A stretch of DNA of 63,873 nucleotides, filler included, from Octopus bimaculoides (GCF_001194135.2; 5 parts of 3 records of this genome joined end to end with filler, not necessarily neighbours in it), one strand, 5' to 3'. Shown: positions 37,098 to 51,125, numbered from the whole stretch's first letter. The notes: generated by a model not told the origin, from the sequence alone. Translations and numbers: made by a program.

Positions 37098-38174
37098 GTC
37101 AGGCTCGTGATAGATTTCGTCACTCGGACACATCACAGATTCCGCATTAGACACAGGCCTGCTCAATGATTTTCACGTTTTTCTGCTTAATTTATAGCCC
37201 CAAATGGTTTATTTTTTATATCTATCACTATGTCTTTCTCCATTTCTTAGTTAAGGATTAAAATAAAGCAACCCTGTAAAGCAACTGATATTTACACACA
37301 GATGCACAGAATAATAACTATCAAATAACGATAGAGTGCACAACAAATATCAGGGATCTGATTGTCGCCTGTACACGTGACAGGGGTCCCAGTTAGTCTT
37401 TTGCATCTACCAGGCTCGTTCGTATTAGTCCGAGTTGCTAGATAATTGTTCGTTCCTTTAAGAATATTGTAGAACGGAAACATTCCATGAATTTGAATTT
37501 AAATCCTAATGTCTATAGAAATTTATTGCTTCAAGAAAACATTGAATTTGAATTCCTTTTAATGTTTACGATTATAGATAACAACACGGACTGTAACTTC
37601 TGAGCCCGAGTCAGGTGTGTGTGAATGATGTCGAGAGAACGTCTGCTACGAATGATACTTTTTGACACAGGGCTCATCTAAGACGACCACAAGACGCTAA
37701 ACGAAAATGAATGAACTGTCACCAGTCTCAATAAAAGGGGTCCCAGTAATTGGCTGCAATTACATACTTGATGTCAATGTTGGCAGAAATTAAATCAGCT
37801 TGCAAATATACATTCACTTCGCTAGCTAAATTTGAACTCTGGCTAAGCCCGAACAGCCCGTACGACGGAGTCGCCGCTGGTCTATATATAACATATATAT
37901 ACATATATAAGTGAGGACAAGAGAAATCAACTTTGAAAATAAATCGCTAAAAGAAGATACATCTATTTCTGATGGATGCGTGAGCGTTATTCAAGTTTAG
38001 GTATGGATTTTACTCAGCAGTCCCTATGGGGACAATGATGATGTTGATCTCCCCTTTATTTTGATGTTTCANNNNNNNNNNNNNNNNNNNNNNNNNNNNN
38101 NNNNNNNNNNNNNNNNNNNNNNNNNNNNNNNNNNNNNNNNNNNNNNNNNNNNNNNNNNNNNNNNNNNNNNNNNN

Positions 38175-38211
<37 letters not shown>

Positions 38212-38218
<7 letters not shown>

Positions 38219-38370
38219 AGTAACAAGTAGGTGTGTATAAGTTTGACGGTATGGAAAGTTTGGAAAAGACTTTAACGTTTCGAGCCTACACTCTTTAGCA
38301 AGAGGGATGAGGAGAAAATTTGGAGAGAGAATGACAAAACGAAGAGAGAAAAATGTGTCGGGATTAACGA
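38212..38370 (-). repeat. Family E dispersed repeat with hammerhead-like motif (38270-38304)
   Basis: Minus strand ..GAGT-GTAG-GCTC-GAAAC-GTT-AAAG; the 5' core is decayed. Confidence 0.65.
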
Positions 38371-39972
38371 TTTCCCATGAAGGGGACATAACATTGACCT
38401 GGCCGAACAGCGGTGTGCAAGAGCGCGTATGTGTGTAACAATGTGTAACAATGTGTGAATGTGAACAAGTGAAGGAGCGCACGCGAATGAAAATATGAAT
38501 GGTAAACTTTAAATGTTTGAGTCTCTGTATGCGTACGGGAGCGTGGCTTGGTAGTGCATCAGTTAACCAGTGCGTGCGTTGATTTCCGTGTATTTGTGTG
38601 TTTGTGCGTGTGGGTGAGTGTGCGTGCGTAAGTTTCCCAAGAAACTATAATCCTTAAGCGTCTGGATTTATGTGCTCATACTTTTGTGCGTTCAAATATT
38701 TTTCATTGGTAATGTGTTCCACATTTCCACCTAAAAGCGAGAATTTGCAGAAATGATAAATTTAGATTGACGTTCCATCTCATCATTTTAGCATCGATAA
38801 ATGAAGAAACAAATATGTACTGAACCGATAAAATCATCTATTCCCTCTCACTACAAAATTGTATTCGTGTGCTTGTATCGGAAATCAATATTAGTGAAAA
38901 TGCCGTAGTTTTCTATTAAATATACAGCATAGTTAGTTGCAAGCTTGTATATATAAAGTTCAAATTTCACTGAGGTCAGGATGTCTCTTAACCGCTTCGG
39001 AAATAAAAAGAAAAACAGTTACAAATAGCCCTGTAAAGAAACGCTGAGGCATCTGCAATCGGCAATATTCGCTGAATATAGATTATGCTTTTCAACAATT
39101 CAGCACTGACTTCAGAATTCCGTTTGTGATGTAGCATTTTGTATTATAAGGTACGAATATAGTATTAGAGTATTAGATATTTCTCTGTCAAACGAAATCA
39201 TACGTTATACGTTGCCAGTGATGTATTTGAAGAGAAGGGAAGGATCATGAAATGATAATGCTAGATTGAAAATAATTTTTATACCTATTCCTCGTATTTT
39301 ACACATCATGTATGCTTGAATAAGAATTGATGTGAAGGGACAGCTACATATATTAGTGTCTACTTGTTCACGTGTCACAGAAAACATACATATTTCGTTT
39401 GTAAATACATTCACACGCAAACGACACACTCATCGATTAGAAATATCCAGAAACCAGCAATCAGTGCCTGAGGATTCATTTGGTTTCCAAAAATCCTAAA
39501 ATAGTAGCGAAATTCCTGTCAGATCATTAATATCTATCCTCGCTTATCTCGGTGGGTGGGATATCTTAATTTTTTTTTTTTAATTTTTAATTTGGTGCAG
39601 CCACTTTTTATTTAGAACGAAGACAAATTAATTGACACCAAACTCGCGATCGTCAACACCGAATCTTCGACCATCACTTATTTTCTCGATTATTTCTACA
39701 TTTCCTGTCGAAAATCCATTCGTATGTCATCTGCTAGGATCAAGCGTCTTCGTTTTTGTTTTACTTCTCTGGCCCCATGTTGATAGGTACAACTACATAA
39801 ATCCATAAATCCAACACAAGCGCTAATCAGATGGGAGATCGCTGATAAGCGTAACATGGTTCAGCATAGTTTTCTGAATCAGTAAAGGATGAAACATTGA
39901 TAAACGTGACTATATAGATAGATAGATCGATAGATAGATATAGTGAGAAAATCAATGAAAGTTATATATATG

Positions 39973-40007
<35 letters not shown>

Positions 40008-40062
40008 ATATCATCCTCCTTCTCATTCTCTACCTCTCCACATATAACTACACACACACATA

Positions 40063-40230
40063 TATGGTTGAAAATTGAACAACAAAACAAGCAGACAATT
40101 AAGTGAACAACAAAATAATATTTGTTTGGCGCTCAGGAAAAAATGGAAGTGTCTTTGGCGTTTCGAGCCTACGCTCTTCTACAGAAAGAAATGAGGAGAG
40201 AACACAGATGAAGTGATGCAGAACACGGTG
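40063..40230 (-). repeat. Family E dispersed repeat with best-folding hammerhead-like motif (40152-40189)
   Basis: Minus strand TCTTT-CTGTAGA-A-GAGC-GTAG-GCTC-GAAAC-GCC-AAAGA; helix I (5 bp) and helix II (4 bp) both pair perfectly. Confidence 0.7.
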
Positions 40231-40610
40231 AGTGGGAAAATGCTTTTGGATTAATTGGTGGACATGTTGGATTAATCAGAAGGAAGGAAATGGTTGGTGA
40301 CAAGGGTGATGAGGTAGACAGCAGCAACGTGGCTAAAGTGTGTGTGCGCAAGCGTGCGTGTGTATGTATCGGAGTATGCCAGTGTATGCTTTGTGTGTGA
40401 GCGAAAAACAAATGCGTGCACGTGTGCGGAGTGTTATGTGCGTTTGTTGTCCGTGTATTTATGTGTGGGGGTTTCTGGACGTGTTTATACGTATAAGAGT
40501 TTATGAGGCTGTCTGACCTATGTGTCTTGAGTCTATCAGATGCATGTGTATGTGTTTGTGAGTGTGTATGTGTGTATGTGTTTGTGAATGTGTATGTAAA
40601 CCCATGAGAA

Positions 40611-40650
40611 TACAGTAATCCCTCGCCGCATTGTGGTTCACCGATCGCGG
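40611..40650 (+). mobile_element. Tigger/pogo-like TIR remnant
   Basis: TA-CAGTAATCCCTCGCC..ATCGCGG resembles Tigger-type termini. Partner end not found. Confidence 0.45.
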
Positions 40651-42199
40651 TTGGCATATCCCTATTTAAAAAGAGCTAAAGCGATAGAAAATATACTGAA
40701 TATACCATTGATGTGCAAAATCGAATTTGGTTTCTGATGCATCAGCGTCGTCTGAAAAGCAGTAAGCCTTTGAACGATAATTAACAATTCATTATACAAT
40801 ACAAATGAAAGCCTTTCTCGCGTACCTATTTATAGTATCATTTGTGCCTTATAATCATTTGTAAATTGTAAAAGCTTCTCTTTCCCGAATCGGTTACATG
40901 TATATCACTGACCATATTTCAATTAATGCAGCAACGTAGCAGTGGTTACATATTATCTGATTCTTGTTTTATCTGATATGTTGCTAAGCAAATTAAGAAA
41001 GAAAAGATTAATTAACGTGGAAGGAGATATTTAGTACAAAGTGTGTTCAATTGGAAGCGAACCACAATTTACACATATTAAAAGAATGGCTGTTATTTAA
41101 TCTATTATTGCAACACCTCTTGGTTGTACTCGTGTAAATATTTCCTCTTCATATACAGAAGCGCGCCATGTTAAAACTTAACTTAACATGTTCTACTTCT
41201 GCGCAAAAGATTTAATAATTCAAATGTACTGCAAATAATTAAGAGCTTATTTCAAAGAATATACAACATTGAACAACAAAAGATAAATCGCACTGACTCC
41301 TTTGTGAGACGACACATTGTTTGAGTGAACTTATTGGGGTAGTTTGTAAGATCAGCCGTGTTGCTCTCTTTAAAAAGGTGAAAGTTCAACTGAAAATCGT
41401 CTCAATAAAAACTGCGTAGGTAATAACAATTTAAATCGTTATATTCAACGGCAAATGAAAACTAACAAGATTATAGGTAAGTGAAAATCAATATTTCGCT
41501 ATATTCAGATCGATATTTTTGTAAAGAAATGACACGAAAATGTCAGATTCACGTTTTCTTTATGAGATTTAAATAGTTTAATGTTCTATTGAACATTGAA
41601 CGAGTAGTTTGTGTTATAAGACTGGCACTAGTTATAAAAGCATCAGTTACTGTAACCGTTAACTGAATTACCTTAGGCAGGGTACAACACTGCACTTGAA
41701 ATAAGCTAAACTTAAAGAATTCATTCTTTGAATTAAGTATTCCATACATATATAAGATGGGTATGTATATACACGAGTGATAAAGGTAGGATTTCTGCGT
41801 GTAACGGCTGAGAAACGATTTCGATCACATTTGATGCCTGTATGTTATGTTTTTTTTTAAATAATCTGAATGAAAGCTAATAACCTAAATTTTGATAATT
41901 CACTTCATGCCCGAGACTTCGAAGTCACTAACACCCATTTTAGCGTCGTCGTTAACTCGTATCCGACTAGAAGATCTGTAGACAGTGACTGAGTTTCTTT
42001 ATGGTGATAGGTGCGAAGGGTACCGGTTCCTGAGATGGCGGTGCGGTTGAGGTACCCTTCTTGTGTAAGTTTAATAAACATTGCACTCCGCAAAAATATT
42101 GAAGCTTATTAATCCTTCTGTTTAATTTTGAAATATTTTTGTGGCAACCTGGCATAAAACCAACGACAAAACATACTTTTCTCCGGATTATATGCTTCT

Positions 42200-42377
42200 T
42201 CTTTTCTCTCTTCTGTGGACTTCTTCCTCTTTCCGACGAAGAACCATTCTCGAAACGTCATTCCCACTCGTTTCTCACCTTAAACTTTCACTGAACCTGA
42301 ATCTAATATATTCTCTATATACATCTAATAGTTTTTTGTTGTTGCTTTTCCCTGTTTCTGGTACATGTATATACATA
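42200..42377 (+). repeat. Family E-related repeat with hammerhead-like motif (42233-42259)
   Basis: CCGACGA-A-GAACCATTCTC-GAAAC-GTC; retains A6 and a GTC triplet, but helices are decayed. Confidence 0.55.
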
Positions 42378-44025
42378 NNNNNNNNNNNNNNNNNNNNNNN
42401 NNNNNNNNNNNNNNNNNNNNNNNNNNNNNNNNNNNNNNNNNNNNNNNNNNNNNNNNNNNNNNNNNNNNNNNNNNNNNNNNNNNNNNNNNNNNNNNNNNNN
42501 NNNNNNNNNNNNNNNNNNNNNNNNNNNNNNNNNNNNNNNNNNNNNNNNNNNNNNNNNNNNNNNNNNNNNNNNNNNNNNNNNNNNNNNNNNNNNNNNNNNN
42601 NNNNNNNNNNNNNNNNNNNNNNNNNNNNNNNNNNNNNNNNNNNNNNNNNNNNNNNNNNNNNNNNNNNNNNNNNNNNNNNNNNNNNNNNNNNNNNNNNNNN
42701 NNNNNNNNNNNNNNNNNNNNNNNNNNNNNNNNNNNNNNNNNNNNNNNNNNNNNNNNNNNNNNNNNNNNNNNNNNNNNNNNNNNNNNNNNNNNNNNNNNNA
42801 AATGGATGTCTTATAAGACCATATATAAACTCCATTTTATACACTGGAGCGAAGACATGTTACGATACAGGTAGAGAAATTTGAAACGACAACACGGAAC
42901 CGGTTATTTCTCCAAATACAATGTTTCTATACCCAAAATGTTGTAAAATTTTTCTGACATAAAAATTTTAATATATACTTTAACCATGTGCATGGATGGA
43001 TGGAAAGATGGATGGATATTTTTCTTTTAGTTTTTTGTAAGTTCTTGAGAGAACTCAAGCCTGTTGCTAACAAATCACCAAAACTTTTTTTTTAGTTAAG
43101 AAACTTCCCCGTTTTTGTGAATATGTTGGCTTAACTGTCGATGCATGCAGCCAAGTGTCTGCAACTATTCAGATAAGAACTTAGCATGGAGAATTTCAAA
43201 ACTGCCTCACTAATCTTTAACTGTGCAACTAATAGATTGGATCTGGAGAATTAAAATCAGTTCTTTCAGCTTTTTTTCCATCGAAGGCAAGTGTTTCTAG
43301 GTTTTTGTGCAAATTCGTTGGTATATAACCTAATGCACCTCTGATGATGGGTACAAATGAGAATCTATAGTCAGGGTACAAGAGCTGTAAGTTCCTCATT
43401 GATTCGCCATAAATGTTCTCTTTCTCCTGAACTTTTGGAAAAACTGTTCGATGATGATAAACACAAACTGCAGTGATATGATATTCACGCTCGAATCCGC
43501 CAGAATGTAATGCAAATGATTACCTAGGTTATTGTTTCGAGTCTTGTTGCTCCATGCGCATTCCATAAATTTTGATTTGTATTCCAAAGTGTGTGCTGTT
43601 TTACTTTCGTACCTCCAGCGTAGAATTAATATACATACGTATATTAATGTCATGGTCTGCTAACATGAAATTGTTACTACGTGTATCCAATGAAAAGTAA
43701 TTATTTTAACATCTGCTACGCATACAAATCGACGAGATTCTCGTATTTTTAGAATGACATTATTCAAATTCCATCAGACTTCACTTTTTCCAACACGATC
43801 TTAATAGATAAAAATAAATAAATATCAGTAATAATTTTGTATTTAGTCGATTATATTAAGATAACCCTTCTCGAAACTTTGTCAGAGTTCCTGCATTTGT
43901 TATTCCCCATACAGCAGGTGACAGATAAATATTTGTAACAGTTTATGGTATATATACACACACACACTTTCCCTCAATTTCTGACCTTCAATTAAACTGT
44001 GAAACAAGTATTATTAAGTTGTTGC

Positions 44026-44133
<108 letters not shown>

Positions 44134-44899
44134 CAACATTTATTTACTTATTTTTTTTTATTTTTAGGTATATAATAGGAGTTTTTTCTTCTCCATATAG
44201 CACTGTATTAGGTACATCGCCTAAGATATTCACACAAGTATTCAAACTGAAATTATCTTTTGAGAGGAAAATCTAAATACGACTGCAACACTTATTGCAA
44301 TTTTATGAAATGAGCCTCCATCTGACATTATGTGTTACATGTCGATATCTATAGAAAGCAAGTATGAATTATTGCAGTTATAGCAATTACAAATGATGGA
44401 CACATTTCTTACATGCCATAATACTTCCATTTCTATACCTAAGTGAGAGCAATTTCTTCGGGTTTTCAGATAGTTTCTACATAATATACTCATTCAGCAC
44501 TATGGTGTCAATCTTAAGTACTATTCACATTTTCGCTATTTAAAGAGATGTCATATTTAGATATTGAAATTCTCGTATGCAAAAATTTCATGAAATCTTT
44601 GCTTCGTCTTTGTCTATTCAGTTGGACATCCATACATCCACATGAGTAGCACGGAAATATTTCTGAAAGTAGATAGCTAGAAGCGTAAAGTGAAGTCGAG
44701 CTACATATATACCTCTGTGATTGACGATTTCGCTTCGGAAGCACTACGTTCCCTGTTCGATCCTAATCTACGTCAGCTCTGTAAATTCTCTTGTAACAAA
44801 GGATTGCTTTGTGCAACACCTTTTAAGCAAAACTTATTAATGTGAGAAATGTTCATAAGCTGGTTGCATGTGTGTGTGTATGTGTGTGTGTGAGACAGA

Positions 44900-45090
44900 G
44901 TGCGGTCATGCTGGGGCATCGCCTTGAATTTGTAGTTGAATAAATCAACACCAGGACTTAATTTTTTTAAAGCCTGATACTTATTCTATCGGTCTTATCG
45001 TCGGATCACTATATTACGAAGACGCAAGCGTTTCAGCAGTTTGTCATGCAGTGGTGGAGGGACAAACACAGATGCAAATACACAAAGAGG
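44900..45090 (-). mobile_element. SINE family A, 3' half
   Basis: cggtcatgctggggcatcgcc..gatacttattctatcggtc..ggagggacaaacacaga. Confidence 0.8.
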
Positions 45091-45359
45091 CATACACATA
45101 GATACATACATACATATATCTATATATTTGCGTGTCTGTGTGTATATATATATATATATATATACATGTATTTACACNNNNNNNNNNNNNNNNNNNNNNN
45201 NNNNNNNNNNNNNNNNNNNNNNNNNNNNNNNNNNNNNNNNNNNNNNNNNNNNNNNNNNNNNNNNNNNNNNNNNNNNNNNNNNNNNNNNNNNNNNNNNNNN
45301 NNNNNNNNNNNNNNNNNNNNNNNNNNNNNNNNNNNNNNNNNNNNNNNNNNNNNNNNNNN

Positions 45360-45398
<39 letters not shown>

Positions 45399-46399
45399 TT
45401 TGAAAAGTTTAACAGAAACATGCTACAAAACTGTAAACAACAGAAAATTCATAACTTATTCCTCATCAGTCAACGTCCGAATGTTCATTACAATTTCGCG
45501 CATTTAACATTGACATTGTTCACTTTTGGTGGAGCCAGTGGTGAAAAGCTACTGGGCATAGCATACGAACGTACAGGACAATGACGAAAACAAACACAGA
45601 AAGACAGACATAGGGAACGCAAAAAAAATGGAAATATCCTTTAGAACTGGAGACAAGAGGACAGATAGAAATTCAGAACGAAGAAAGAAAGAAATGCATT
45701 AAGCAGCGAAAGTAAGAGAAAGAGAATGTGACGAAGGCAACAGTCGCATGTATGTATGTGTGTATGTATGTATATATGCATGTCGTTTTTCAGTTTTATT
45801 TCAAGATTTCTTGCAAACAGAGAAAGAGGCAGTTTCTAACATAGATCCGTGTCGCCTTCATTGGAATTTCTACATTAACAACAAGGTATTTTTATTCGTA
45901 TGTATGTATATGAGCATATTTGTATGTTTTTCTTCATGTATATATTTTAGTGCATATAGTTGCATATCTAGACATGCCAATGTATACCTAAATGATGAAC
46001 TTATGGAAAGTTTTACACATATTTACAGTTCAACTGATGTAGTGGATCTGTAATCTTCGAATTAGCTTTCTCCCTTCTCGTTTTGAGAAGCCTGATTTCT
46101 CAAGATCGATATTTATGGAGTACGCTACATATCCCAGTGCTCAAATAATTACAAACCTGAACTTGTAATCAGCCATTTTTGAGGAAGTCGATAAAATAAA
46201 AATTGGAAGTAATTGTTAACATTTTCCTTGCGAACACGATAAAGAAATATACAAGGGAGCTCAACTGAAACATTCAAATATTCCTTGAATAAACCCCTTA
46301 ATAACGATACCGATAAAGCCAAGAGAAGATCAGTTGCTACAAAATCAATCATAGACTAACTTCCATCTATAACACAACAAAACTGATAAAAAATAAACT

Positions 46400-46465
46400 G
46401 AGGTGGCACTCCAGCATGGCCACAGTCATGCGACTGATACCATTAAAAGTATTAAAGTATAAAAG
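46400..46465 (+). mobile_element. SINE family A tail fragment
   Basis: ggtggcactccagcatggccacagtcatgcgactga. Confidence 0.65.
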
Positions 46466-47029
46466 GGATGAATGTTTATTTATCTATGAATGTGTCGGTG
46501 TGCTTGTCTCTCCTGAATTGAATGAAAGAATAGGCTTCAGTGTGTGATTGGCCATAAAGCAATGCAGCAGCCCAGTTTATGGTGTGATATTTATTCGGTC
46601 AAAGTTATAGAAGCACGCCACACTTATGTCGTTGTTGATACTCTGTTGTAAAACAGTGATACCCCAGGGTAATAATTCAAACCCATATTGCTAATTTTCA
46701 CACAGGTTTGATATATATGTAAATCAACATCGAGTAAATAAATGATATTATGAGAGAGTTAATATTAGATTACCTGCTAAAATAATTGTGAATTTATTTG
46801 GAAAAAGACACTCAAAAGAGATGTTCAAGCATTAGGTTTTATTTATATTGCAGCTATATTAGATATTTTTGTCAAAGCGTTAAGTTCTCATGACCAGTCT
46901 TATATAGCAGATGCTGGTGTTTTTCTTATTGGTTATTTAAAGTACATTTAATTGGAGTAGGTCAGGAGCTATGTTATTGATATATGGACCATTCCTCATA
47001 CACAGACTTACACACAGACAGATAGACAG

Positions 47030-47459
47030 ACACGCACACGCACACGCACGTACACGCACACGCACGTACACGCACACATACACACACAGACATATATATG
47101 TGTGTGTATATATATGAATGTATATATATGTGTATGTATATATACATATATAAGTATATACATGAATATACATATATATATATATATATGTGTGTATATA
47201 GGTATATATATGTGTGTGTATATAAGTATATATATATATATATACGTGTATATATGCATATAAGTATATATATAGGTGTATATATGTATATAAGTACGTA
47301 TATAAGTATATATATATATACGTGTATATATGTATATAAGTATATATATATACGTATATATATACGTGTATATAAGTATATATATATATACGTATATATG
47401 TATATAAGTATATATATATACGTATATATATACGTGTATATAAGTATATATATATATAC
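47030..47459. repeat. Compound microsatellite grading into a 32-36-bp TA-derived minisatellite
   Basis: Recurrent unit tataagtatatatatatacgtatatatacgtgta. Confidence 0.85.
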
Positions 47460-48527
47460 NNNNNNNNNNNNNNNNNNNNNNNNNNNNNNNNNNNNNNNNN
47501 NNNNNNNNNNNNNNNNNNNNNNNNNNNNNNNNNNNNNNNNNNNNNNNNNNNNNNNNNNNNNNNNNNNNNNNNNNNNNNNNNNNNNNNNNNNNNNNNNNNN
47601 NNNNNNNNNNNNNNNNNNNNNNNNNNNNNNNNNNNNNNNNNNNNNNNNNNNNTATATATATATATATATATTGTTTATTATACTTAAAAGCTATGCGTTG
47701 AGATACCGTATCTTGAGAGGATATGTTTGCAGCAGTGAATATTGATTTCATAGTCTTGTTAGCCTAATTAACTGAAGTATGTAACAGTTTTTCCTCAGAG
47801 AGTCAATGATAGCAGATGTCCTCTTTTGCTGAATAGATCTATGTCAGCATCAACGAGTGAGCGTCTGTGTTTGGTTTCTCGTCTTGCTATAAATAGTAGA
47901 GAAATCTCTACCAAATCATACATTTCTATCTGAAAAGATCGAATGGCACATTAGATAACAAACTCCAAGATGACAGAGATAAAAGATAGTCAGGGATAAA
48001 ACTCCTCTGATCGATAAAATCTGATATGAAGAGAATTGATATTGAGATACAGCTGTTCGATAATCTGATACTGAGATATCAAAAAAAAAACCGCAGCAGA
48101 TGTATTTCAGCTTTACTATGAAACACTTAGTGATTGTTTGGAATATTCCTGGAATTCAAATCCCTTGTACCTCCGTAGTATTATATTTCCCCTAAGGTTG
48201 GTATATTCTCATTATTGGTAGAGTGATGGGCAAAATGATGCGCGTGTTTATTTATGTACTTTTACATCCTTCGTTCAGGCTCCACCGTGATTAACTTCAC
48301 TCTTTCATTCTCCTGGGATATCCAGTTAAATAATGCGGTTGATTACCAATCGCTTAAGTTAGGAACACAGCGTCCCATATTAGAAATCAATATTGCATTT
48401 TAGTTCAATACTTCATGATGATAAATAACATCTGTTACTATCAATTCCATTATTTTCTTCTCTTAAAATAAGAACTCCTGATTAATTCATATCAAAGTTT
48501 AAAGAATTTATATCAGATTTTCCTACA

Positions 48528-48767
48528 TACTCTTTTACTCTTTTACTTGTTTCATTCATTTGACTTCGGCCATGCTGGAGCACCACCTTTAGTCGAGCAA
48601 ATCGACCCCAGAACTTATTCTTTTATAAGCCTAGTACTTATTCTATCATTCTCTTTTTGCCGAACCGCTAAGTTACGGGGACGTAAACACATCACCATCG
48701 GTTGTCAACCGACGTTGGGGCGACAAACACAGACACACACACACACAAACACACAAACACACACACA

Positions 48768-48835
<68 letters not shown>

Positions 48836-49010
48836 CATACATATATACGACGGGCTTCTTTCAGTTTCTGTCTACCAAATCCACTCACAAAGCTTTGGTC
48901 GGCCCGAGGCTGTAGTAGATGACACTCGCCTAAGGTGCCACACAGTGGGACTGTACCCGGAACCATGTGGTTTATAAGCAAGCTACTTACCACAAAGCTA
49001 CTCTCACGCC
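48528..49010 (-). mobile_element. SINE family A, full length, young, with internal (CA)n/(TA)n
   Basis: Complete tail-to-head match to the other copies; microsatellite at about 48730-48846. Confidence 0.95.
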
Positions 49011-49368
49011 TATGTAGGAGTAAATATAGGAGTACATTATAATAAATTGTTCTATACTGGAGTTATTTATATGCAGTTTATTTTTACGCTTAACAAATTT
49101 TTTCTACATATTTATACATCATTCACGCTATTCCACTTTAATTTCGTTTTGAAGAAATTGCTTTCGGTGTTCCTGTTTTGATAAAAGCTAATTAGGACAA
49201 GAATCTTTAGGTAATAGGCTGTTTTGTACATAATCAATTTGACACTTAATTTAGATCATATACACTTGATGCATGAAGCACGCTAGTGAAGTTGAAATAT
49301 ATGTACATGCATATGTATGTATGTGTGTACGTATGTATATGCTGATTTGTATGTTTTGCTTTATGTAT

Positions 49369-49466
49369 GGTCCGAAGCCATGTGGGAAGATGAATGGAAG
49401 CATTACGTGGCTGTCACCAGTGATAACTCCAAATACCATGATGTTGACTTGATGTTTGATTTTTAT
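49369..49466 (-). mobile_element. Tc1/mariner-superfamily transposase fragment
   Basis: KIKHQVNIMVFGVITGDSHVMLPFIFPHG resembles K.P..VMV.G.I...G...P..F..G downstream of the first catalytic Asp. Confidence 0.6.
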
Positions 49467-50077
49467 CACTCAAGGTACATATCGTCAGATTGTTCTGTCC
49501 TCAGATTGACACCGAAAAATGCCATGTAGTAAAGCATATCATTTCCAAATTTCTGGTAGATTGAATTGCGTCATGGTACTGTATGTCTCACAGACAGTGC
49601 CCAACTGACCCTACTATACTCGACAATCTCAACAACAATTTAAGTACATGCGCGAAATGATAAATATCATATGACGACAATCTACCCATAGCACACTATG
49701 TGTGCACAAAATAAGGTTTTATGTTTGTATCCATGTCAGCGTATCAGCCCAACCACAAACTTAATCGTTCGCCTCTTTTCACCGCTAAAAATGTTATTCA
49801 AATACCTACAATAATCATATATTATACATTGTGCATTTGTGCGTGTATAGATCTAGGTGTATAGGTATGCTTGAGTGCATGCATGTGCGTGTGTATATAC
49901 AGATGTATACAAGTCAGAATCAGTCATGATATATTCACTTTAGTACACGTGTTTTGCATACTCACGTTTTTTTTTTTTGTTTTTGTGAGATTGCGTATAT
50001 ATGTTTCTATTTTTATAAATATGTGGATGTCTGCATTCGTGTTTTTGCGTGTGTATTTCCCTACACGTGTTAGCGTT

Positions 50078-50114
<37 letters not shown>

Positions 50115-50129
50115 ATATCTGTATATATC

Positions 50130-50527
50130 AATAGCTTGTCATTGCCAGGCAATTTTTTATAATGGAATGTCCTGTATAAACCTTTATTTATTCTATGGCA
50201 GAGCATGCCTTCACAAAAAGATAGGCTTCTTGATCAGGACAGATTTGTGCAATTTTTCGCAAAAAAAACTTTGTTGAGGAATTTTTTCCTCTTCAAATTA
50301 TTTACATGTCTGTGTATATGTATATGTGTGTATGTGTGTTTATATATATATATATGCATATTCTGGCTGAATAGTCCGTCGTTGCCAGGCATTTATTCCA
50401 TGTTAGAGCATGCATTCCCTGGCAGATAGGCCTCTTAATCATAATAGATTTGTGCAATTTTCCGTCAAAAGACTTCGTTGAGGATTTTTTTTTTTCCTTT
50501 TTATTTTTTAAATTATTTACATTTCTG
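50130..50527 (+). repeat. Diverged local tandem duplication, period about 240 bp
   Basis: 50130-50310 vs 50370-50527 share ttgccaggca, agagcatgc, agataggc, agatttgtgcaatttt, gttgagga and aaattatttacat. Confidence 0.85.
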
Positions 50528-50904
50528 TTTGGCCGTTTCACATGACTTCATTCATTAAAACCCATCAAAACATCAGAACTTCTTACAACTTTGGTTGTAG
50601 TAATGCTTTGCTTTCATTTCTTTATTAACCCCATATTTGTCGCTTACAGAATATTGCGTACGTCCCTTCCCCGATATCAATCATACTCACTCTGTTACTG
50701 TTTCCCTCAGACTAATACCTTTTACACTCTTCTCATCTTGTCACATAATTCACCAAACCCATCTAGAGAGCATATTTTAGATATTTATTAAAATCGAATT
50801 AGCCTATTATCGAACGGAATGTTAGTGTAACATTTATGAAAATTTTGGTGAATATTAGTTCGCTTGTTTAGGCAGTAAGAGGGTAATTGAGAGACATAAA
50901 TTGC

Positions 50905-50905
<1 letters not shown>

Positions 50906-50988
<83 letters not shown>

Positions 50989-50993
50989 TATTA
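50906..50993. repeat. (ATT)n microsatellite
   Basis: Direct inspection. Confidence 0.95.
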
Positions 50994-51125
50994 TGTTATG
51001 TTTGACTTTTGTTTTGCATTTGTACNNNNNNNNNNNNNNNNNNNNNNNNNNNNNNNNNNNNNNNNNNNNTTAATTAATTAANNNNNNNNNNNNNNNNNNN
51101 NNNNNNNNNNNNNNNNNNNNNNNNN

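Noticed and set aside
42015-42060. 10-bp inverted repeat gaagggtacc / ggtacccttc
   Set aside because: Within chance expectation for 10-bp arms with free spacer length.
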